This document shows, piece by piece, positions 1-8,500 of a stretch of DNA of 64,000 bases (the stretch's first letter is position 1; the number at the start of each line of letters is the position of its first letter). The notes beneath the pieces are model-generated. The model was not told the DNA's origin. It saw only the letters and a list, made by a program, of their open reading frames with translations, and ran no database searches. The stretch spans positions 1 to 64,000 of the forward strand of contig JALAGF010003973.1 in assembly GCA_030167865.1 (NCBI GenBank), read 5' to 3'. This DNA comes from Craspedostauros australis. Its lineage: Eukaryota. The position numbers and the translations under genes are program-made.

Positions 1-698
1 GACATGACAATTGCCTTGCACTTCTGTGGATTATTTAGAAACATGAAATTATATTTCGATAAATAGCATTACCGCACCTCCCAGCGACAGCACGCGCAGA
101 TCGTGTGGCGGGTCTCCGGTCGCCTTGAAGGCGCGCCCAGAATCTGGTTGCCGTCAACATGCAACGAATACCGCAAACAAAAGATACATGTGCGGCCTGA
201 TTTAATACCAGAAGAAGGGCGCAATGAACCATTATCGTATCAGGAGAACGCGTACAAACAACAAAGGACATAGTGTACCATTCGTTATATCATGACAGCA
301 TGCAGCAGAAGGTTCACCATCGTTCGCGTTTTATCACACGTTCCCCAATCCAACTCAGTTGATGTCACAATGGATCAGCTATTCCAAGTACACGGATCAG
401 CTTCAACGAACTGAAAACCGCTTTCGACGTTGTTTCTTCGCACGCACGTACGATGGCCAGTCGTTACTTGTGTTCAATGAAAATGAAAATGCGTCGAAGA
501 CATAATAGTTATATATATGTACTATCGCAGCTTCCAATGGCACCAAACGCAACAGGAACCCACAACACTGCACACAAACTCACAACACTGCACACGAACC
601 CGTCAATCCATCAAACAACGAAGTAATCAAGCCGACAAACTACCATCCAATCCATCCAGCACAAGCAGCACGAAACCACTCGCATTCAGCCACTCAAC

Positions 699-1496
699 AT
701 GAAGTTCCGTCCGTGCATTGACCTGCACAACGGCCAGGTGAAGCAGATCGTGGGATCGACGCTGGCGACCGAGGCAGGAAAGACTGCTGAGGATGCTGCC
801 CTCAGCACCAACTTCGAGACGGACCGGCCTGCCGCCGATTACGCCAAGATGTACCAGGACGACAAGCTGACGGGTGGTCACGTTATCATGCTGGGACCCG
901 GCAACAAGGACGCGGCCCGATCGGCCCTGCAGGCGTACCCCAATGGACTGCAGGTCGGCGGCGGCGTCAACAACACCAACGCCAAGGAGTGGCTCGACGC
1001 AGGCGCATCGCACATCATCGTCACGTCCCACGTCTTCTCCAATGGCCAGATCCACATGGAACGCCTCAAGGAGCTGGTCACCATCTGCGGGGGCAAGGAG
1101 AAGCTGGTGCTGGACCTGTCCTGCCGAAGGAAGCCGGAGGAACCGGAGGGCGACTACTACGTCGTGACCAACAAGTGGCAGACCTTCACCGATTACAAGG
1201 TGACGCCGCAGAATCTGGTGGAGCTCTCCAACTACTGCGACGAATTCTTGGTGCACGGCGTGGATGTGGAAGGCAAGCAATGCGGCATCTTGGAGGATCT
1301 CGTGGAGCTGCTCGGAAATCACAGCAGCGTGCCGGTGACCTACGCCGGAGGCGTGCGCTCCATCGAGGATCTGGAGCTCATCAAGAAGATCGGAAAGGGC
1401 AAGGTGGATGCCACCGTGGGAAGCGCTCTGGATTGCTTCGGCGGAAAGCTACCGTACAGCGACGTCGTGTCATGGCACAGCAAGGAGCAGCAATAG
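699..1496 (+). CDS. HIS6: Phosphoribosylformimino-5-aminoimidazole carboxamide ribotide isomerase (eukaryotic HIS6-type HisA)
   Basis: 265-aa ORF starting MKFRPCIDLHNGQVKQIVG, with GGHVIMLG, LQVGGG, EFLVHGVDVEGKQCG, TYAGG and TVGSALD motifs typical of HIS6. Confidence 0.95.
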   Translation: MKFRPCIDLHNGQVKQIVGSTLATEAGKTAEDAALSTNFETDRPAADYAKMYQDDKLTGGHVIMLGPGNKDAARSALQAYPNGLQVGGGVNNTNAKEWLDAGASHIIVTSHVFSNGQIHMERLKELVTICGGKEKLVLDLSCRRKPEEPEGDYYVVTNKWQTFTDYKVTPQNLVELSNYCDEFLVHGVDVEGKQCGILEDLVELLGNHSSVPVTYAGGVRSIEDLELIKKIGKGKVDATVGSALDCFGGKLPYSDVVSWHSKEQQ

Positions 1497-2108
1497 AAGT
1501 TGGAGCTATTGGTACATGTGCGGTGCGAGCATTGGAAGAGAATAGCACATGTGTACTGGAGTATGCTAGGATGGAGAAGAACTGGCCTATTTATGTTCTA
1601 TTCTGATCTGCACTTCATCAACAATATAATGGCTCGTATAATAGTAGCAAAGGATTCCATCATCGAGGACGCTCCGGAGAGAGTCTCTACACAGGAACAG
1701 TGAGAGTACGAACAGACAGAGTGAGCGAGAGAAAACAAGAAAAATGATGCCTTTCCTGTTTTGGCCGAGTGTCATTTGTGATGTCTTGTGGCCGACAATG
1801 ACGCTGACGTACTGTAGTCGAATTGGTCGAAAGTGGCCACATCGGCTCAATCACCTGACACGTGGAAGAACGAAACCCAAGTTGAACCTGTTTGCGGCTA
1901 CCTCATCAACGGTCATCGCTTGAGCAACGCACAAGCAACGCAAACAACACACCTCGCGCCTCACAAGTCAAGCAAACGAGTGAGGCCACAGCAACATCAC
2001 AAATCACAGAAGGAGCAGCCGCAGCATCGTCCCTCTATTCAACCAACAAGCAACAACCAATACAAGTATTCTATAATACTATCCAAAGAAGGAAGAAGAC
2101 TAGAAAAG

Positions 2109-3086
2109 ATGGCACGCGGAGCAGAGGGAAAATTGCGTCGTCGCAACCGAAAGGAGGAAGAGAAGGCGACAGCCAACAGCTTCTTCGCGGACGCCGGCGG
2201 ATTGGGTGCTGCCACCGGCAGCCATGACTTCGGACCAGCCGACATCCCGATGCCACCGGGCATGAGCGAGGCCAACGTCGAGGAGGACGACTCCGCCGAT
2301 GAGGCCCCTGCCGAGAACGAAACCGCGGAGGATGAAAATGACATGCTCGTCCCCAAGAAGAAGAAAAAGAAGAGCAAGAAGAAAAAGATGAACGACTGCT
2401 GCGACAAGGACCTCCCACGCACACCGCAGCCAAAGGGCATCAAGTCCACCCCGCTCATCCTGCTCATCATCATGACCGGCTCCACCCTGCTGCCGGCATT
2501 GATTTTCGCCAGCGACTACCTCGGGAACTTCATGCAGCGCAACCACGTGTTGGGACAGGTCGGCTTCCGCCTCGGCATGGGCTCCGTGCCACGCAAGCGC
2601 GTGCTCAGCTTTTACGAGAAGCACGATCCCTCCAAGCTCGAGGACGTGCCCAAGATCCTCTCCAAGCACTACGGCGACTACCCCCTCCTCGTCAAGAAGC
2701 TCGAGCGCAAGTACCACGACTACGGCTACTTTCTGGGCTGGGAGGAAGACGAGGCGCCCATCACCCTCGCCAAGGAGACATTGCAGGAAACGTATGACAT
2801 TTGGATCCAGCAGTACTGGAACAGATACGCCCCGCAGCCCCTCAAGACGGCAGCGCGCAACGTCCGGTACAACCTCACCTTCCTCCAAAAGCGCCTGCGC
2901 AAGGTCTGGAAAAAGACCGTGTGGCCCATTTTGGAGCCCATCTTTGGGGTTCCTGACGGTGCGGCAGCGCAGAAGCGCAAGGACGCCGCCGAGGCCAGGA
3001 AACGGAAGCAGGAGGCATCCCGCACCAGCGGTGGGGGAGGTGGTGGACGACGCCGCAACACCGACTTCCGAGACGACGAGGACTAA
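2109..3086 (+). CDS. Hypothetical membrane protein (acidic/Lys-rich N-terminus, one TM segment, helical FY..HDPSK..V..IL.K..G....L...LERKY domain)
   Basis: Coding-like C/G third-position bias starts at ATG 2109 (MARGAEGK), inside ORF 1833..3086. Hydrophobic stretch PLILLIIMTGSTLLPALIFA. Confidence 0.8.
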   Translation: MARGAEGKLRRRNRKEEEKATANSFFADAGGLGAATGSHDFGPADIPMPPGMSEANVEEDDSADEAPAENETAEDENDMLVPKKKKKKSKKKKMNDCCDKDLPRTPQPKGIKSTPLILLIIMTGSTLLPALIFASDYLGNFMQRNHVLGQVGFRLGMGSVPRKRVLSFYEKHDPSKLEDVPKILSKHYGDYPLLVKKLERKYHDYGYFLGWEEDEAPITLAKETLQETYDIWIQQYWNRYAPQPLKTAARNVRYNLTFLQKRLRKVWKKTVWPILEPIFGVPDGAAAQKRKDAAEARKRKQEASRTSGGGGGGRRRNTDFRDDED

Positions 3087-3490
3087 ACCAGAGGACAGTA
3101 GAGCACTCTGTGCATTGCAGCGAGAATGGTAATGGAAATAATGATAGTCCACTCGAATACATACGTGCAACTGCAAGTAGAACAGCAATGGCATGGTGCT
3201 TACATGACGCTGTCCGGGAGCACAGCACAGAATCCGCATCGTAATGTTTGGATCAATGTAGACCAACGTTGCGAATGTCTCGGAGTGATCAACTGCTTCT
3301 CGCTTCATCAGCGAACACGCTGTGTACACGTTTGTGGATGCTGCTTCCTAAACGAATAGAATAGTCATCCATGAGCGTGTCATGGGACCAAGTATTGTTG
3401 CCGTCGTTGAGGAAGAATGAAGTTGCTCGTCAATGTGCAAAAGGAAGCTTGCGTTGGACGAATTCGTAAGTTTGGACATATTTCACAGAT

Positions 3491-3501
3491 TATAAGCCCA
3501 A
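3491..3501 (+). promoter_or_regulatory. TATA-like element (TATAA) overlapping a degenerate A-box-like GCCCAA upstream of the permuted tRNA
   Basis: TATAAGCCCAA lies about 35 nt upstream of the tRNA 3' half, with a CAA at 3512-3514 where a Pol III start could lie. Confidence 0.4.
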
Positions 3502-3526
3502 GTATGACCTGCAACATCACTCAGCG

Positions 3527-3603
3527 ATCAGAAGATTCCGGGTTCGAATCCCGGGCAGGTTTCTGGTGACCTGTTGGCCCAACGGCAAGGCGTCTGACTA
3601 CGA
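3527..3603 (+). tRNA. tRNA-Arg(ACG): Circularly permuted tRNA-Arg(ACG): 3' half 3527-3562, spacer CTGGT 3563-3567, 5' half 3568-3603
   Basis: Swapping the halves gives a 72-nt cloverleaf: acceptor GACCTGT/GCAGGTT, D arm GCCC-AACGGCA-AGGC, anticodon stem TCTGA/TCAGA with loop CT-ACG-AA, variable loop AGATT, T arm CCGGG-TTCGAAT-CCCGG. Confidence 0.92.
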
Positions 3604-3607
3604 AGTA

Positions 3608-3615
3608 TTCTTTTT
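3608..3615 (+). terminator. RNA polymerase III terminator (TTCTTTTT)
   Basis: T5 run at 3611-3615, following a 7-nt trailer after the end of the tRNA 5' half. Confidence 0.7.
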
Positions 3616-4503
3616 GGTCCGTGCTGCGAGAAAACTGCGCCGTTGAAATGTGCTCATTTTTTGGATATGTCGTCAGTGTTGGAAGTGTTTGTAACAGGAT
3701 ACATCATCAGAGAGGCAACTCGAGGCCGTCCCTTGAATTGGAATGGAATGCTCTGGTCTTGTTTCATTGCTTTTCCATGCCTGTTTGTTGGCAATGGTGC
3801 ACTACACCTGCAATTACATGTGAGAAAGGACTCGAGGAGCCAGCTTTTCTTTCTTCGCCGCCGTCAATCATGGAAGGCCAGTCTGTTTCATACATTCCGG
3901 GGGGTTACAGCTGTGGCAGAGCTGCGGGTTGCTTCAAATCGGGATGGAAGGCCATTGAGTGGGACATTGAGTGGGAGACACCTTTCCTGTCACCACTGTG
4001 ATGTTCTAAGAGTGTCGTATCCAACTAGCGACCAGCGACAATATTTCTTCAAGAGGGTTGAGATCTCAGATTCTCACAGTTTCGTATGATCGCCAATGGG
4101 AGCCGATCAATAGCATCAATCCCTTCCGTATAACTCTGCTATATCCAATATTAACTCATCGAACATGGGATGCTCTCCATCCTGTCGTAACCTTCCCTCC
4201 AGTGGAATGTTGGTGTTGGAAGAGAACCCACGTTCGTGCGTTTTGTTTTGGATCCACGAGGTCTCACAGAATGCCAGAGAAGCCAAAAATGATGACGCCA
4301 ACAAGATAACACGATCGTCAGCCACCATCAACAGATCCATTCGCCGATGCAATCGCCGATCCGATCATCAGTCAAAAGTCACACACACACATAGCCAGCG
4401 AGAAAGCAACCAAGAAGCTCTCCCTTCCTCTTTGCTCATCCATTGCCAACCCAACCCAATCCCAACGCGATAGATCATGACAAGAATGACAAGATCCCCA
4501 ACC

Positions 4504-4968
4504 ATGATGAGGACCGCCACACTCTGCATGTCCATGCTGCTGCTCCTCGCATCCTGCAACGGCCTCTCTCCCAACATGCCCAAAACCACAAATGCCAACG
4601 CGGCATGCCAGACCCGACGCAACATCTTTGTGTCGGGCTTGACGTTCGCTGCGGCAGCCACATGCCTCCCCAGCGACGCCAACGCCGCCGTGGACTGCTT
4701 CAAGGACTGCCTCAAGAACTGCAAACTGATCGCGCCAAAGGACACAGCCTACTGCACCACGCAATGCACCGAGTACTGCAACCAGGACGATCGCAACGAC
4801 GGCCTCTCGGGCAGCGTCAGTTCCTCCGGCGGTGAGGTCGGCATCCTCGGTGGGACCTTCGGGCAAGGGACCGTGCCGAAGGGCGAGGACAAGCCACCGT
4901 CCTTCTCGATGCCAGGTTTGGACTTCTCCTCCGACAAGGGTCGCAAGCTGTTGGGCTACGGAAGCTAG
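4504..4968 (+). CDS. Probable plastid thylakoid-lumen Cys-rich protein
   Basis: Signal peptide (MMRTATLCMSMLLLLASCNG), then a twin-Arg lumen-type signal RRNIFVSGLTFAAAATCLPSDANA, then a CX3CX3C-X10-CX3CX3C motif. The start could be 4477, 4486 or 4504. Confidence 0.75.
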   Translation: MMRTATLCMSMLLLLASCNGLSPNMPKTTNANAACQTRRNIFVSGLTFAAAATCLPSDANAAVDCFKDCLKNCKLIAPKDTAYCTTQCTEYCNQDDRNDGLSGSVSSSGGEVGILGGTFGQGTVPKGEDKPPSFSMPGLDFSSDKGRKLLGYGS

Positions 4969-5536
4969 AGCGTCTCCATCCACACGCACAACACTCGTAC
5001 TTGAGGATTGGTATGTAGTCGTAGGTCGTACTAATAGACACCAGTTCACCACGTGCAGGCTCAGGTGATGATCGACAAGCGACAAGCTCTGGTGCTTTTG
5101 GCCCCATCAGTTCGTTGTGCGAGCACTGTGCAGAGCACACCCGCACGCTTCTACGCTACATACATGCTCCATACATGTGTAGTACTGGTACTGGTACGAG
5201 TGGCATACATTTATTGGATAGTTCTATTATACATAGTTATGCAATTCGGGAATGGTTCATGTTCTGTCGTTCATGTCCACCCTCGCCGTTGTTTATTCTT
5301 GCTCTTGTTGTCGCCTTGCTTCTGTTTTGCCTTTGCTTTCGCTTGCCTCTTGGAATGTGCTTCGTTCTATCTTCTCTTTGTGTTGTATTGGCGTTGGTCT
5401 TGATGCAGTTGTTGCTTTGGCGGGGTGCCATAGCATGGATGGAAGACGATACACAGTTATGAGGTGATGTACCCCCATGCAATGCATGCGACTCCATCTC
5501 TCTCTGTCTGTGTATTAGCATGGTATGCGCGCCTGT

Positions 5537-8500
5537 CTAAATGGTCTTGTAACCTTCGGCGATCTCGGCGCTGTTGGTCTGGAAGTCCGTCTCCATCGTC
5601 GTGACGTTGTTGATGGCGAACAGCAGCTTGCTCTTCAGGATTTCCTTGCTGGAGTACTTGGGTAACGCCAACGAGAAGAAGCAGGTGCTTGCGCTGGGAA
5701 GCGACACGTCCTTGTTCTCGCCTTGGGCCTTCACGTCTTCTTGGATCTTGAAAGGCGCATCGAAGTCGCCTTCCTTCTTTGGCAGCCGGTTACGAGCCCA
5801 CACGAACTGGAGGAAGAGCTTCTTCTCGTCGTTGCTCAGCTCTTCCAGAGTCTCCCAGAAGTACTGGATGGTAGGCTCGTCTCCCTTGTACCCTTCATAC
5901 TCCACGACGCGTCGGAGCAGATCCACATCCACCTCGTGGCTGCCGCAAATCACGTCTCGTAGCTCGCTGCCTGTGAACAGTGAGAGGAGTTCGACTGGGA
6001 TGACGTTGCACAAGCCCTCCACGAAGGCATTCAGCATGCGCTGTTGCCACCAGAGCAAGACTGGCCGTGAAGAATCGTCAGCCTGCTTGTTCGACAGCAG
6101 GTCGATCTCCTCCATGCACCTCTCCTTCGTCGTCTGCTCCTCGGTGATCGCTTTCCACACCGATTCCAACGGAAGGGGCAGATCGAGGGCAATGCCATGA
6201 CGGAATGCTGTTCCCACAATACGCCCAAGGAACACCAACGATTCCTCCACCTCTCTGACGGTCTCGTCTCGGACGGTCATGAGGCTGGAGAAAGCATCGC
6301 GGATGCGTCGTTCCGTGGCGGACACATCCTTCGTGTCTCCGTCGAGAACCTTGCCGTTGAGGGAGAACATGAACAGGTCCTGCTGATCGCCGACGCCTGT
6401 CACGTTGTTGGGAGTTGGATCGAACACTCCCAGCCAGCCGGATCCGTTCTCATCGCGCTGCTGCGTCTCGTGAATCGCGTCCGCGAAGGCCTCACGGTAA
6501 GGTCCTGAGTAATCATTCACACCTTCGCCGATCAGCTTCACCTTGAATGCTCTTCGCTGTCCTCCATGTCCCTTGGCAACGAAGCCTCGGCGGAGGGCAT
6601 TTCCACCCCACCCCTTCGTTTCGTTCTGCAGCTGTGAGAACACGCTGTACTTGCGTATCATGCCGCTGTTTGAACTGTTCATCACACGTCTTGCCTTCAG
6701 GCGGTTGAGACGGACGGTGCGAATCTCTCGCGGCAGTTCGTACTCATCGTGCGACAGCGGAGTTGGCGTGGCCGTGATGCTGGTCACTGAGCGGAGGAAT
6801 TCATTCTTCACGCTCGGGAGAATGAGCTCTCGGAACTGACGGATCTTACCGGCGATCGATGGCACAACCACCCAGTTGGCAGGGCTCGCAAGATGCCGGC
6901 TGCGTCCTGCACGATCAACCGGGGCGCCGGTTCCGCACAGCCCACCCAAGATACCTGTACCTTCCTGGCTTGGGCGGACAGGCATCCATGGCAGCGCGAC
7001 TCGGCAACGCTTGTTCAAGCAACGAATGATGGACAGCCTGGCCATGATGGCAGTGGCATGTGGGATCGGGGTGGCCAGCATACCAAGCGACTTCACGGCT
7101 GCCTCGTTGCAAGTAGAGTCACCGTCGCCTGACGGATCATCGGGTTGGCCCTGCTTTGTGCTGATGGCATGCTTGACCGCTGCGAGGACGATGTGGTATG
7201 GCGAATTGAGCGCATCACCCTCCTTCCAGCAGTCGCTGATCAGACTCAGCGCGTTGGCCAATATCGTGTCCGATTCCACGTCTCCCAGTCCACCGATCTT
7301 TCCATCTTCGATGAGTTTTTCAAATTCGGCTATGGTGGGGCCGGTGTCACCCTGGTCCATCCCCGCATCTCCGTGCGCTTGTTTGTACTTCTCGAACCAC
7401 TGCAGCGCACATTGGATTGGCGATTTGGGAAGCTCCTCGTCGTTCCTGGTTTCGCCGTCTGCGTCTGTTTTGACAGGGAGCACGATCGGCTCTTCCTTCC
7501 CTCCTCTGATTCTGCTGCTGATCCAACCTTCGCCGAGAGGTTCGTACCTCACGCGGTAACGGACCACTCCGCAAGAGTTGACGCGTCTTTCGAGGACGTC
7601 GCACTTGGGAATGACGGTGTTCACGGGGATCGTTCCGCGGTTGGCCGATCCCTCGAAGATCTCAAGGTCGGATCTGACGACCGCGCCGTTGGAGAAAACA
7701 ATCTTCAGCCCTCCAGGCGACACGCATCGGAATCGAGCCATGATCGGCAGCTCGATATCCCGAGCGCGATTGTGCTCGACGCTTGGGAGGCCGTCGACGA
7801 CCTCGCTTTCGTCAAAGTACCATGCGCGTCCACCGCCTTCGGTCAGACTACCACCTTCGCTCTTCTGCAATGCGATTCTGTAGTACAATCGGCCCTGGCA
7901 AGTTCCAAGTATGGTGGCCTCTTCGGCTAATTCGAGAACGCGGCCCGCGCTCCTCTTGAGATGGACTCTGTCACCTGGCAGCAGCGCATGGGGCAATCCC
8001 AGAAGTGCGCTGGCAGACGCACAGGCAAGCGGCGACCGGTCAAGTTCCACGTCAAGGCCGAAAGATGCCAGCTTGTAGGGTCCGCTGCCTCGTGTTTGGG
8101 AGTAGCATGTGGACGCCGACAACCACCTTCGGTAATCGGCAAATGCTTCTTCCACGAACCATCGCGGGAAGGCGATGCCCTTGCTGTCCTTCGGAATGGC
8201 ACTGGTACTGGTGCTGTCGTTGTTGTTGCTGCGACTGATGCGGCGTGGTATGCACTGCTTGTACAGAGACAGGACTTCGTCGGCAGCAAGGATGTTATCC
8301 ACGATGGCGCGCCCGTCGATGCCGTAGCTTGTGGACCACTTCGATGATATCGTCACCCTGTCACCCACGTTCCTGAGACCGATGACAGGCCAGAGCGCCT
8401 TCGGACGCACTGCGCCTTGTGCGGGGTACCGCCCGCTTCTTCCAATGTCAATTCCGCTTGGAGCGCCTTGCGCAGCACCGCCGCTGCCGCACCCATCAAC

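Noticed and set aside
3527-3603. Reading the locus as two broken tRNA pseudogene fragments or a tRNA-derived SINE
   Set aside because: The halves are complementary, cover the whole tRNA once, break at 37/38 and keep all four stems. Random decay is unlikely to give this, though expression is untested.
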